Numbered from the stretch's first letter, positions 1 through 9,394 are shown. The stretch: 64,000 nt of DNA from Candidatus Daviesbacteria bacterium RIFCSPHIGHO2_01_FULL_41_45 (GCA_001776975.1 MFCS01000025.1:37407-101406); one strand, 5' to 3'. Made by a program: numbers and translations. Notes: a model not told the origin generated them from the sequence alone.

Positions 1-1686
1 GTATACCAATTCCCGTTTTAGAGGAATTCCTCTCTTCATGTATATGAAGTTTTTCAATATATTGAACGCCTCTATCTTATTTGATCCATCTGTATACTCC
101 TTAAATACAATATTAATGACTGCTCTATTCAAAAAGTCAGGCTTACTCTTGGAGACTTGCTTTTCCCTCTGGGATATAAGTTTGTCTGTAATAAATCTCC
201 ATGCTTCGTCTTTATTATTATAATAATACTCCTCAAGAGCTGGAGTAATAACGTTTGTAACCAAATGCTTATCTCTATCACTTCCCATATGCTCCCAGCC
301 TTCAAACCCTAAGCCTTTTCCAAACTTTTTATAATATTTTGCATATTGTTCCGAAAACATCTTCGACAGGTATAATAATCGCTCTTCTATATTCTCACCT
401 TCTAATGCATACACTTTTAATATTTCAAACAGCTCCCCTGGACTTTCGTGCCAGAATTCCCCCTCTTCAATACTTAGATTAAAGGCATCAAATATGAAAT
501 GGGCAATTTGCTTTTTTAGCACCTCATTATCAGTGTTTAGATAAAGCTCTTTTAAAACCTTCGAGATTTCTTCTTTTTCCCATTCATCACTATTGGATCT
601 TTGTTTTATGTAAAAGAAGTCGCTAATTTTTCTGTCATACAACTGCTTCAATATTCCAAAAATCTGATTATCATATTTACGAGTTCTAGATAATACACTC
701 TGACATATACGTGCTGAGTCAACTACCACAAACTCCTCTCTATATAAGTTCACAATATTCCTCAGTATGTCAGGCAATAGAGTGATCAAATAATCTTGAT
801 TTTCATCATTATCAATATTCTTCTTAAAAATATTGAAAACCTGTAGGGATAAACTTCCCTTTGCAGCTGCTCGCCATAATTTATCCCACTGTCTTAAATT
901 TAGTTGAATTGCTTCATCAAGTCTTTTTATTGCAAGAAAATATAGGGTGGGCGAAGCTGTTAACGCCGAGAGTTCTTTGTTAATAATCCAGCTTTTACTG
1001 TTTGGGTCTTTTACGGAGTTTAAAACATTCTCTATTTTCACTAAATGACTGTCCACCTGACTGTAATATACCGAATCGTTTTTAATTTCATTTTTCCTCT
1101 GTTCTATCAAAGACAGAAACTCTTCTTTAGTAAACTTTCCACCTTTTTCTGACTGGTAATAAACATTCTTAAGCAAAATATTACTGAGCATGTCGTTAAA
1201 ATAAGAATCAGGTATCCAGATTCCTAATATTTGAGCAAACAAAGACTCTATAACTAACTTATTTACCTCAGAGTCTATCTCCCAAAATTTAACCCTTTCC
1301 AAAAGCTGAATATGCTCTTTTGAAAAACTACTTTTCTTTAGTCTCTTAAGCGACTCGTCAAAATATTTGTAATATTCCAAGTCTGTTTTTAAATTTGAGC
1401 TTACTCTGGTACAAATAACTAATACTTCATCCTTCTCTTCTACCCTATTATTTTTTATAAGTCCATCCAGAATCTCTTTTAATAACCTATGCGTTACCTT
1501 AAGGGACTTCGACTCGCTTATAATCTTTTTATTTTCGAATACCAGATCAAAATCTTTTAATTTTTCCTGCTCAAAAGCTATATACTTAAAGCTACTATAT
1601 CCAACATTTTGCAGAAAGAGAGAGATAGAGGCCAGTGCTTGGTAGTTTATTCCTTTAAAAGTAGCTCGGCCACCTGTTTTATTCAT
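1..1686 (-). CDS. Large protein (>562 aa, runs off the window) with N-terminal Cap4/DUF4297-like PD-(D/E)xK endonuclease domain and a long helical region; probable defence protein
   Basis: Translated by hand: ATG at 1686, MNKTGGRATFKGINYQALASISLFLQ...KDFDLVFENKKIISESKS..., open to position 1. Overlaps the upstream gene's stop (ATGAATAA). Missing from the ORF track because it has no stop in the window. Confidence 0.75.
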   Translation of the reverse strand, partial: MNKTGGRATFKGINYQALASISLFLQNVGYSSFKYIAFEQEKLKDFDLVFENKKIISESKSLKVTHRLLKEILDGLIKNNRVEEKDEVLVICTRVSSNLKTDLEYYKYFDESLKRLKKSSFSKEHIQLLERVKFWEIDSEVNKLVIESLFAQILGIWIPDSYFNDMLSNILLKNVYYQSEKGGKFTKEEFLSLIEQRKNEIKNDSVYYSQVDSHLVKIENVLNSVKDPNSKSWIINKELSALTASPTLYFLAIKRLDEAIQLNLRQWDKLWRAAAKGSLSLQVFNIFKKNIDNDENQDYLITLLPDILRNIVNLYREEFVVVDSARICQSVLSRTRKYDNQIFGILKQLYDRKISDFFYIKQRSNSDEWEKEEISKVLKELYLNTDNEVLKKQIAHFIFDAFNLSIEEGEFWHESPGELFEILKVYALEGENIEERLLYLSKMFSEQYAKYYKKFGKGLGFEGWEHMGSDRDKHLVTNVITPALEEYYYNNKDEAWRFITDKLISQREKQVSKSKPDFLNRAVINIVFKEYTDGSNKIEAFNILKNFIYMKRGIPLKRELVY

Positions 1687-2590
1687 TAATATTTCCTCCT
1701 TCCGATGCCACTGCTGGGGATATTTGTGGCAATGGAGTTACAACAACAAGAAGATCAGCCTCTTCCCAAGTTTTACATCTTCTTTCAATTTCTCGTAGTG
1801 ATTCTCCAAAATCTGCAGTTCCACTACGATTTATCATATTTCGGTGTGCAAAAAAATTAAGAATATTCATTTTAAGTATTGGAGCTATATCTATTCCAGT
1901 ACCAGCATGCTTCTGACAAAGGTACAGCATTTGGTGAAAAAGCAATTCAGGTGGCAATTCGGTATCAGTAGAATTTACTCCTAATGTCTCTGCAAATTTT
2001 TGGATCTTCCTAATTATAATTGCATCCAAAGGGGATTCATCCTCTCCTTCACCATCAGGAATATCAGGATAGCTATCCCTAATCTTAATTTTCTTTAAAA
2101 AAGTAAACATTCCTCTTCCATTAGCGAATTCAGCTATTTCCAAATAATCAAAAAGCCAATCTGCTGCATTTTTAGCCTCACCTCCATAGTTAGCTTTACC
2201 ATCAAGCTTTTCTAATTGATTCCAGCAATCTGCAATCTTACTTTTTAAGGGAGGACTTATAATCAATAGCATATCTAGGATCGCCAGATGTGGGACTGCT
2301 TCATAAAGCCTTAGTTCTTTAAAGGCTTCTTTAATTTGAGAAGAATGTTCAGTTGTCATATCCAGCTTAAAACTCTCGCCAGTTTTTATTCCATAAACTT
2401 TCTCAACCCGATCCTCACTCTCCTTAAGTATTAAACGTAAGTCCATAGACCTTTGTTGAGCAGTTTCTCCAAAAGGGTAATCAATATAAAGTTCAGCCAG
2501 ATTTTTTGACAAAAAATGAGTTAGAAATAGCCACAATGCGTATTTATCCTGATACAAAAATCCTTGCCTAGTAGCTTTAATTGTAGACAT
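1679..2590 (-). CDS. Cap4/DUF4297-like nuclease-domain protein (303 aa)
   Basis: N-terminus KATRQGFLYQDKYAL matches the a..GF.YQ start of Cap4/LmuA-type nucleases; SMDL...YGIKT lies where D...(E/Q)xK is expected. Confidence 0.6.
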   Translation of the reverse strand: MSTIKATRQGFLYQDKYALWLFLTHFLSKNLAELYIDYPFGETAQQRSMDLRLILKESEDRVEKVYGIKTGESFKLDMTTEHSSQIKEAFKELRLYEAVPHLAILDMLLIISPPLKSKIADCWNQLEKLDGKANYGGEAKNAADWLFDYLEIAEFANGRGMFTFLKKIKIRDSYPDIPDGEGEDESPLDAIIIRKIQKFAETLGVNSTDTELPPELLFHQMLYLCQKHAGTGIDIAPILKMNILNFFAHRNMINRSGTADFGESLREIERRCKTWEEADLLVVVTPLPQISPAVASEGGNINE

Positions 2591-2860
2591 CTAATGTCTG
2601 CATTTTACCTTCTCTGTAAGAATGCAGCAATTACTTAAACCCACGCAGTTTCATCATAGGAGCTCTGGTCTTCTCTATTTGACCAAATTGATTTCGCTCA
2701 AGAATTAGCCTAGCAATCCTAAGGGGCGGAAGTTTAATTTTGAGGCTAAAGGGAATAAATTGTGGGTGTTCGTCCTGTGAGTTCCTACTTTCAGAGCCAT
2801 ACTCGACATCCTTTGAATTTGATTTTCGTCATGTTTTGTGCTAGTATATATTCATCACAA

Positions 2861-2904
2861 GGGAGAAACGAACATATGACTACGTGTCATATGCAACGCC
2901 TCCC
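2861..2904. repeat. Palindromic hairpin downstream of NYN gene
   Basis: GGGAG(2861)...CATATGAC-tacgt-GTCATATG...CTCCC(2904). Confidence 0.55.
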
Positions 2905-2916
2905 ATTTTGATGCTT

Positions 2917-3420
2917 TCATCTCTCAAGTTTGTTCTTTTCAAACTCAATAAATACCTTATATTTCTGAAAAGGCTTTATAAGAGAAGATTCAGATTTTGA
3001 ATTAGGGATAATTATTCTCAGTAGTTTTTTATTTTTCTCCAAATATTCATGCAAACAATAAAAATCTCCATCTCCAGATACAATAACCGCTTTATCATAG
3101 TTTGAAAACTCTATTGCAGCTGCATGTAGTACCAACTCAGCATCCACATTCCCTTTAGGCTTACCTGCATGATCTTTAACTGTTGGTTTGAATATTAATT
3201 CATAACCTGCTGATCTTAGATTTTTATAAAGACTCTCATTTTGCTTTATATATCCTATAAAAATAAGGGCTTTCTCAACACGAAATTTATCTGATAAGTA
3301 TCTTCTGAACTTCTTAAAATCTAGCTTCCAACCTTGATAAATCAGCTTCCCGTTTTTAGTCAGGTCCTTTCCTGTACCTAAGTTCAAGTTTTGACTATCA
3401 ATAAAAGCATAGACTTTCAT
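2917..3420 (-). CDS. NYN domain (PIN-like, LabA/DUF88) ribonuclease
   Basis: FIDSQNL, KGNVDAEL, IVSGDGDF motifs; likely start ATG 3420 (MKVYAF), 6 nt after TGGCATAAT. Confidence 0.9.
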   Translation of the reverse strand: MKVYAFIDSQNLNLGTGKDLTKNGKLIYQGWKLDFKKFRRYLSDKFRVEKALIFIGYIKQNESLYKNLRSAGYELIFKPTVKDHAGKPKGNVDAELVLHAAAIEFSNYDKAVIVSGDGDFYCLHEYLEKNKKLLRIIIPNSKSESSLIKPFQKYKVFIEFEKNKLER

Positions 3421-3435
3421 TGGCTGATTATGCCA

Positions 3436-3517
3436 CAAAAAACCTCACCGAGCCAGAGGCATCGACGAGGTGTTTATACTGGAAACCACTCGCAAGGGCG
3501 GTTTTTTGATAGCCTTT
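3436..3517 (-). ncRNA. Candidate small structured RNA or attenuator upstream of NYN gene
   Basis: Possible promoter TTGTAC-16-TACTTT (3552-3525); hairpin AAACCGCCC-TTGC-GAGTGGTTT; terminator ACCTCGTCGA...TCGGTGAGGT-TTTTT. Confidence 0.4.
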
Positions 3518-3573
3518 AATTTACAAAGTAGTCACTGGACGAGATTGTACAATATAAAACTTATCTTTCTAAG

Positions 3574-4044
3574 TTAAACCATGTGTGGGGTTCTATTGTG
3601 CAGAGCGTATTCAATCAATAGTAGTTGACTTTTTGAGATAGAAGGGAGATTTTCAAATGCGAAAAAGCCAAATTCAATTACTTCTGCAGACTTCTTAAAT
3701 TCTCCTCCAATATGCTGACCTACTACGGCTATCTCTAAGCGCGATGCTTCTCTATCAGTTCTAATTTTGAGTTGCTCTTCAGTACTCACCACAAGTCCTG
3801 ACTCTTCCATTATCTCCCGTTCAAGTGCTTCAAAAGGATGTTCTTTTGACTTAATGTATCCACCAGGCAAACTCCAAACTGTTTGTCGGTAAGTATGTTT
3901 AAAGAGTAAAATCTCCTTATTTTCATTAAAAATAATACCTGTTACTCCAATTAGAAACTGATCTTGAAAAATACGCATAAGCGTTAGCTGAATACCCTTA
4001 GGAAAGGACAGAGCACGCCAGGCCTTAGCAAGAAGGGTTTTCAC
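3574..4044 (-). CDS. Nudix hydrolase
   Basis: Nudix box PGGYIKSKEHPFEALEREIMEESGL. Confidence 0.9.
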   Translation of the reverse strand: MKTLLAKAWRALSFPKGIQLTLMRIFQDQFLIGVTGIIFNENKEILLFKHTYRQTVWSLPGGYIKSKEHPFEALEREIMEESGLVVSTEEQLKIRTDREASRLEIAVVGQHIGGEFKKSAEVIEFGFFAFENLPSISKSQLLLIEYALHNRTPHMV

Positions 4045-4382
4045 AAGGATTTATCATCTAAAGGAGCGTTTGTCTCTGCCTTAAGTTTAGTATTTTCAAG
4101 CTCTAATTGATGGTTTGACCTAAGTAGTGCGGCATTCTCTTCTCCAGAGTCCTTAATTTTAATATCTTTACCCCGCATAGCAAAACCAGTTGCAATATTG
4201 TTTACAAAACTAATAATCCAGGAAAGGAATAATCCAACGAGAAGCGAACCAACTACTACAATATAGGTAGGTACACCTGATATTTGGTAGTTTAAGAAAT
4301 GAAGTGAGATAACAGCTGTATTTTGAATAGCAAAGTAAGCAATTATAAGTCCAAATAAAACAGTAACGATTAATGTTGCCAT
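4041..4382 (-). CDS. LapA/DUF1049-family membrane protein
   Basis: FAIQNT motif, two transmembrane segments, C-terminal coiled coil. Confidence 0.75.
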   Translation of the reverse strand: MATLIVTVLFGLIIAYFAIQNTAVISLHFLNYQISGVPTYIVVVGSLLVGLFLSWIISFVNNIATGFAMRGKDIKIKDSGEENAALLRSNHQLELENTKLKAETNAPLDDKSL

Positions 4383-4432
4383 ATATTATTCCTTCCCATT
4401 CATATGATACTCCGAAATATCTGCAAAGACTA

Positions 4433-4621
4433 CTAATCGTTTAGCATAGCTTTTTTTAACTCCGTCCCAGATCCCATCATAGGTGATAAGATTGAATAAG
4501 AGGCAGCAGTTCCCAGACTGGGAGATGTTGCAGCATATGTTTTTGATATTGGTATAAAGATAAACTGTATTAAAATAATAAGGAGAAATGCTACAAACTT
4601 CATTTTATTAAGGGTTTTCAT
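4433..4621 (-). pseudogene. Truncated ice-binding (DUF3494-like) protein N-terminus
   Basis: Signal peptide followed by AATSPSLGTAASYSIL, typical of the start of DUF3494 domains, then an early stop. Confidence 0.55.
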
Positions 4622-4650
4622 AAAATATATCTCCGCTACCTAACCAGGAG

Positions 4651-4890
4651 TTACAATAACCTACTAATTAATAGGACAAGTAACGAACCAGCCACTGCAA
4701 CCACAAAAGAGATTAAATTAAATCCTGTCACCCCAACTCCAAAAAATATTTGTCCCAAGTAACCACCTACTACTGCTCCAATGATTCCCAGAATAATTGA
4801 ACCTAAAATCCCACCTTGAGAACTCGGTGCAATAAAATTTGCGATACTTCCAGCAATTAGCCCAAAAATAACCCAATAAATAATAGTCAT
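4651..4890 (-). CDS. GlsB/YeaQ/YmgE transglycosylase-associated membrane protein
   Basis: WVIFGLIAGSIANFI...IILGIIGAVVGGYL pattern; start probably 4890. Confidence 0.9.
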   Translation of the reverse strand: MTIIYWVIFGLIAGSIANFIAPSSQGGILGSIILGIIGAVVGGYLGQIFFGVGVTGFNLISFVVAVAGSLLVLLISRLL

Positions 4891-4897
4891 ATTTTTT

Positions 4898-5074
4898 TCA
4901 CTTATTCTGAATTTCAACTTTCTTGATTACTGTTTCTATTGGTAAATATTTGATTAAAGCTTTTTCTACAAGTTCAGTTAGAGTTAACTCCTCAACAACA
5001 GCTTGAACTTTAGATTGCTTAGCAATAGAGGGGTTAATAAAAAGGGTTATTCTCTGTTTTGTATTAGTTGACAT
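4898..5074 (-). CDS. Small ribbon-helix-helix/CopG-like DNA-binding protein (58 aa)
   Basis: Translated by hand: MSTNTKQRITLFINPSIAKQSKVQAVVEELTLTELVEKALIKYLP...; beta-strand then two helices; below the ORF-track length cutoff. Confidence 0.75.
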   Translation of the reverse strand: MSTNTKQRITLFINPSIAKQSKVQAVVEELTLTELVEKALIKYLPIETVIKKVEIQNK

Positions 5075-5081
5075 ATTTCAT

Positions 5082-5110
5082 ATATTACAACTATTGGTAG
5101 TTCCTGTCAA
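5082..5110 (-). promoter_or_regulatory. Sigma70 promoter with palindromic operator
   Basis: TTGACA-17 bp-TAATAT; spacer contains AACTA-ccaa-TAGTT. Confidence 0.7.
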
Positions 5111-5127
5111 ATAGCAAGCTAAGTATT

Positions 5128-5868
5128 TTAACCCTTTATTGGATCAGGGATTAAACAACCTGGAACTGTTAATAGCTCATCATATAGACTTGTGTTTCCA
5201 GTATATTCTTCCCAATCTCTAAACAAATTCTTCAATTTTATAAAAGTTTCTTCTTTAATAGAATCGTCAAGATAAGCAAACGGACAAATATGTTGGGGAG
5301 GATTACCTCCTTTTAGAATTCCTATTTCCACAGTCCCAAATCCAGCTGGCGCTCCTTTGTCAAAATCGCTAACCTCCGCAATGATTTGCCCTGCTGTTAC
5401 CCTATCACCTACTTTAACCTTAGGATTTATGACATGTTCTGTTTCATAAACCCATTTTTGCATTTTGCCATCTGCTGTAACTTGAATGGAGTAATCCCCA
5501 CTCCAAACAGTTGGCATGGCAGCTACTATCCCATCTACAATTGATCTGACTGGAGTACCTAATGGAACAATAAAAGTAGGCTGTGGATTATATTTTGCTG
5601 GATTATCATTACCTTTGGGAATATAAAAACCATATCCCATGAAAAGCCTTCCAACTTGCAGTTTCTCTTTAGTAAATTTAAAGTCAGAAAACTCTACCCC
5701 AATACTTTTAAGCTTAAGGGGTGGTTCATTTTCATTTTGAACTTGTACAGCTGGTGCAGAATATACCTGAGCAGAAGGACCATTTTGAACAACAGGTGCA
5801 GATTTTAATAGAAAAAAGGTTACAAGGCCTAAAATTAAAGTCAAACCAATGATTTTTATTAGCATCAA
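5128..5868 (-). CDS. Exported M23/LytM-fold protein
   Basis: N-terminal TM; GTPVRSIVDGIV, YETEHV, VKVGDRVTAGQIIA; canonical HxxxD not seen. Confidence 0.7.
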   Translation of the reverse strand: MMLIKIIGLTLILGLVTFFLLKSAPVVQNGPSAQVYSAPAVQVQNENEPPLKLKSIGVEFSDFKFTKEKLQVGRLFMGYGFYIPKGNDNPAKYNPQPTFIVPLGTPVRSIVDGIVAAMPTVWSGDYSIQVTADGKMQKWVYETEHVINPKVKVGDRVTAGQIIAEVSDFDKGAPAGFGTVEIGILKGGNPPQHICPFAYLDDSIKEETFIKLKNLFRDWEEYTGNTSLYDELLTVPGCLIPDPIKG

Positions 5869-6076
5869 TAATAATTTAGCACTTATATTACGTTAAAACC
5901 ATGACAAAGTATATTTTAGTAAAATAACTTCCTCCTTGAGTGTCTACAAGGTGTTTCCTTGGAGCCTCAACACTACAAAATTATTAAATCCTATTCCAAC
6001 GAGTGCATAACAACACCTACGAAAATGCTTTATACACTAAAGAGTATAAGTAATGAAATTTTATCCCTCTATATTC

Positions 6077-8764
6077 TTAAACTAAGGAAACTTTCAAGCT
6101 TCGCCTATAAATCATCTTTCTAATTTCCTCAACAATCACTATTGATGAAGCAACTGGTATTATTATCAGCCAATCAGATAAATCAAGGGCTGTGGTGCGT
6201 AATATTTTTTGCATGAATGGTGTGTAAATAGCAAGCAGTTGCAGGACAATAACAGTTAAGGTAGCCCCAATCAAAAACTTATTTGAGAACGGATTTAACT
6301 GAAAAATAGACTTGCTTTCATGCCGACAGTTCCAAGCATTAAACCACTGGAAAGCTGCTAGGACAGTTAAAGAAACTGTCCACGCTTTAACCATATCAAC
6401 CTGATAGTACCCTTTAAAAAGAAACAATGTTCCGACCATCATAGGTATTGCCATTAAAAACATCCTTTGTATGACTAGGCCATCAATGAGGTATTTCTTA
6501 GGACGTTCGAACGTACCTTTAAGCAAACTTTCTTCTTTTGGTTCCATAGCTAAGGACACATCAAGAAATCCATCAGTAACAAAATTCAACCAAAGTATTT
6601 GTGCTGCTAAAATCGGTAGGGGTAAACCTAAAAACAATGCTCCTGTTATAGTGAGTACCTCTCCAAAACTGGTTGAGAACAGATAAAGGATAACTTTTTT
6701 AATAGTTTTATAGATACTCCGTCCCTCTTCAATAGCTGCAATAATGCTAGCAAAATTGTCATCAAGTAAAACTATATCTGAAGCCTCTTTTGCCACCTCA
6801 GTACCAATCTTACCCATGGAAACCCCTAAATCCGCTGCTACCAGTGACGGAGCATCGTTTACCCCATCTCCAGTCATAGCTATAACTTCCCCCCGTTTTT
6901 TGTACCCTCTGACAATCTTTAATTTATGCTCTGGTGTAACCCTGGCAAAAACAGATACTTTATCAAGCATATCTGCAAATTCATCATCAGACAGAGAGTC
7001 TATATCTTCTCCCGTAAGAATGGTATCTCCTTCATGGTAAATACCAGCTTCTCTGGCTATAGCTTCTGCTGTGATCTTATGGTCGCCAGTTATCATTACC
7101 ACTTTAATTCCAGCGGAGATAGCTTTTTGCATGGCCTCATGAACTTCCGGGCGTAGGGTATCTTTTAATCCAAAGAAACCTACAAAGGTAAGTTCTTCCA
7201 CATCCTTAAGTTTAATATCACCACTGACATTACCTTTCAAAGCAAAGGCCAGAACCCTTAGCCCTTCCTGAGACATTTTGACTAACATTGCCTCAAGCTC
7301 TTTTTTCTTTTCTTGGGATAAAGGATGAGGCTTACCTTCATGCCATATTTTAGTTGTTAATTCTAAAATCTCCTCAGGAGCACCAAGAACAGTTAAATCA
7401 ATAGTTCCATGGATCTTATGTGAGACAGCATGATATTTATTTTTATAATCAAACGGTATCTCAGAAAGTCTGGGAGACTCTTTTTCTAAAATATCTTTGT
7501 GAAATCCCACCTTTCGAGCAAAAACAGAGAGTGATGATTCTGTTGGATCGCCAGTCGCCTCCCACTCCCTGCTATCTTTATCAAAAACAACACTATTATT
7601 AGTAACAAAGGCTGCCAACTTTCCTGCTAAAAGTAACTCTGGATGATTGAGAGGGTCAATTTTATCATCATTTAAAGTTACCCCTCCTTCTGGTTTATAT
7701 CCCTCACCCTCTATTTTGAATGTTTTGCCATCAACATAGACTTCTTGCAGTAATATCTCATTTTTAGTAAGAGTGCCTGTTTTATCAACAGCAATTACTC
7801 TAGCTTGTCCTAATGCTTCAACTGCCTGAAGTTTTTTAACCAAAGCATTACGCTTACTCATCCTCCAAACGCCTGTGGCTAGAACTAGCGTCATCACAAT
7901 AGGCAGTCCTTCTGGAATGATAGATACTGCAAGGGACACAACAGTGGTAAACATCTCCCTTATTGAATGGCCCAATAAAATTCCCAAGACAAATATAGAA
8001 GTACAAATAGTAGCTACAGTGATAATAATTAGTCTGGTTAGATAGCGGATATTGGCTTTAAGAGGTATTTCTGTATTGATAACAGCAATTTCTTTAGAGA
8101 TTTTACCAAGTACTGTTCCTAACCCTGTGGCAACTACAACAGCTCTTCCGTTGCCAGCCACAATATTTGTTCCCTTAAAAACCATATTTCTCTGGTCAGC
8201 AGTTGGTAAATTTATGGTGGACAATACCTCATCAAATTTATAAACTGGCTGGGATTCACCAGTCATGGCAGCTTCATTAACTGTCAGGTTATTTGATTCA
8301 ATTATTCTGGCATCTGCTGGAACCTTTTCTCCTTCCTGTAAAATTATTACATCCCCAGGTACAACCTCATAATCAGGGATTACAAGATCTTTTCCATCAC
8401 GAATAACCTTTGTATTAGTTTCTGCAAATTTTTTAAGTGCAAGCAGTGTGTTTTGTGCTTTACCTTCCTGGATTGTGCCAACTATGGCGTTAAAGAAAAG
8501 TACAAACAAAATAATGGAACCATCAATAAACTCCTTCATTAAAAACACAATTAAACTGGCAACAAAGAGGATATAAATAAGCGGGCTTTGGAACTGCCGA
8601 AGAAAGATAATTAACAAACTGTCTACTTTTGCATCTGGTAACTTATTTAACCCATACTTTTCAAGACGTTTTTTTGCTTCATCGGATGATAATCCATCTG
8701 CACTTGAGTCAAGAGTCTCAAAAACTTCTTTTGTCGTTTTTGAATAACCAGCATCTTCCAACAT
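6077..8764 (-). CDS. Cation-translocating P-type ATPase (P2A, Ca2+-like)
   Basis: TGES, IPEGL, DKTGT, GDGVND motifs. Confidence 0.95.
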   Translation of the reverse strand: MLEDAGYSKTTKEVFETLDSSADGLSSDEAKKRLEKYGLNKLPDAKVDSLLIIFLRQFQSPLIYILFVASLIVFLMKEFIDGSIILFVLFFNAIVGTIQEGKAQNTLLALKKFAETNTKVIRDGKDLVIPDYEVVPGDVIILQEGEKVPADARIIESNNLTVNEAAMTGESQPVYKFDEVLSTINLPTADQRNMVFKGTNIVAGNGRAVVVATGLGTVLGKISKEIAVINTEIPLKANIRYLTRLIIITVATICTSIFVLGILLGHSIREMFTTVVSLAVSIIPEGLPIVMTLVLATGVWRMSKRNALVKKLQAVEALGQARVIAVDKTGTLTKNEILLQEVYVDGKTFKIEGEGYKPEGGVTLNDDKIDPLNHPELLLAGKLAAFVTNNSVVFDKDSREWEATGDPTESSLSVFARKVGFHKDILEKESPRLSEIPFDYKNKYHAVSHKIHGTIDLTVLGAPEEILELTTKIWHEGKPHPLSQEKKKELEAMLVKMSQEGLRVLAFALKGNVSGDIKLKDVEELTFVGFFGLKDTLRPEVHEAMQKAISAGIKVVMITGDHKITAEAIAREAGIYHEGDTILTGEDIDSLSDDEFADMLDKVSVFARVTPEHKLKIVRGYKKRGEVIAMTGDGVNDAPSLVAADLGVSMGKIGTEVAKEASDIVLLDDNFASIIAAIEEGRSIYKTIKKVILYLFSTSFGEVLTITGALFLGLPLPILAAQILWLNFVTDGFLDVSLAMEPKEESLLKGTFERPKKYLIDGLVIQRMFLMAIPMMVGTLFLFKGYYQVDMVKAWTVSLTVLAAFQWFNAWNCRHESKSIFQLNPFSNKFLIGATLTVIVLQLLAIYTPFMQKILRTTALDLSDWLIIIPVASSIVIVEEIRKMIYRRSLKVSLV

Positions 8765-8794
8765 TAATTTATTGTATCAGAATCTTTGAAAGAG

Positions 8795-9322
8795 TTACTC
8801 TTGTGGGGGTAGGTGCTCTTCACCGTTATTGCCAACTGGAACCTCACCTGGTTTGAGCCAACGAACATAAGTACAACCCGTAGCTGCCTTATTTTGAGCA
8901 TCCCAACCAGCGGTTGAACACTTCTCCATCTTTTTTCCGCTTGAGGTGGTAAACAAAACTAATTTGTCTCCACATTGAGGACAAGTTATATCTAATGGTT
9001 CACTACTACCGTTGATCCATTCCACAAAATCACAACCGGTAGCTTGTTTGGCAGCAGCATCCCACCCACCCGTACTACATTTTTTCATCTTTTTGCCAAA
9101 TCTAGTCACCTGCATAACTAAAGCTGCCCCACATTTAGGACACTTCTCGTCTAACGCTTGTGGTTCCACCTGAAGCCATTTAACATAATCACAACCCTCA
9201 GACTGTCTGGTTTCTTTATTCCAAGACCCGGTACTACACCGCTGGAGTTTCCGCCCTGTTGGAGTTTCACTTATTGGAGATAAAGGTGCACCACACTTGG
9301 GACATGCTTCTTGATCAGACAT
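8795..9322 (-). CDS. Stand-alone topoisomerase-type C4 zinc-ribbon repeat protein
   Basis: Three repeats of CPxCG...GKK..CST..W......GC.Y/FV.W. Confidence 0.8.
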   Translation of the reverse strand: MSDQEACPKCGAPLSPISETPTGRKLQRCSTGSWNKETRQSEGCDYVKWLQVEPQALDEKCPKCGAALVMQVTRFGKKMKKCSTGGWDAAAKQATGCDFVEWINGSSEPLDITCPQCGDKLVLFTTSSGKKMEKCSTAGWDAQNKAATGCTYVRWLKPGEVPVGNNGEEHLPPQE

Positions 9323-9365
9323 TTATTCAGATTACTATATTTACAGAACTCTTGCAACCCCATTG

Positions 9366-9394
9366 TTGCTAAATTATAGGTTATGTGTTATGAT
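9366..9394 (+). promoter_or_regulatory. Sigma70 promoter for DEAD-box operon
   Basis: TTGCTA-17 bp-TATGAT with extended TG. Confidence 0.55.

Noticed and set aside
38-223. 61-aa + strand ORF
   Set aside because: It is antisense to the long minus-strand gene 1..1686.
5936-5970. Imperfect hairpin TTGAG...CAAGG-tgttt-CCTTG...CTCAA between the ATPase and M23 genes
   Set aside because: No recognisable riboswitch consensus and no clear T tail; insufficient support.
6471-8856. Several + strand ORFs inside the P-type ATPase, and similar shadow ORFs in recR, folD, mreB, rarA and the site-2 protease
   Set aside because: They are antisense or alternate-frame by-products of well-supported genes.
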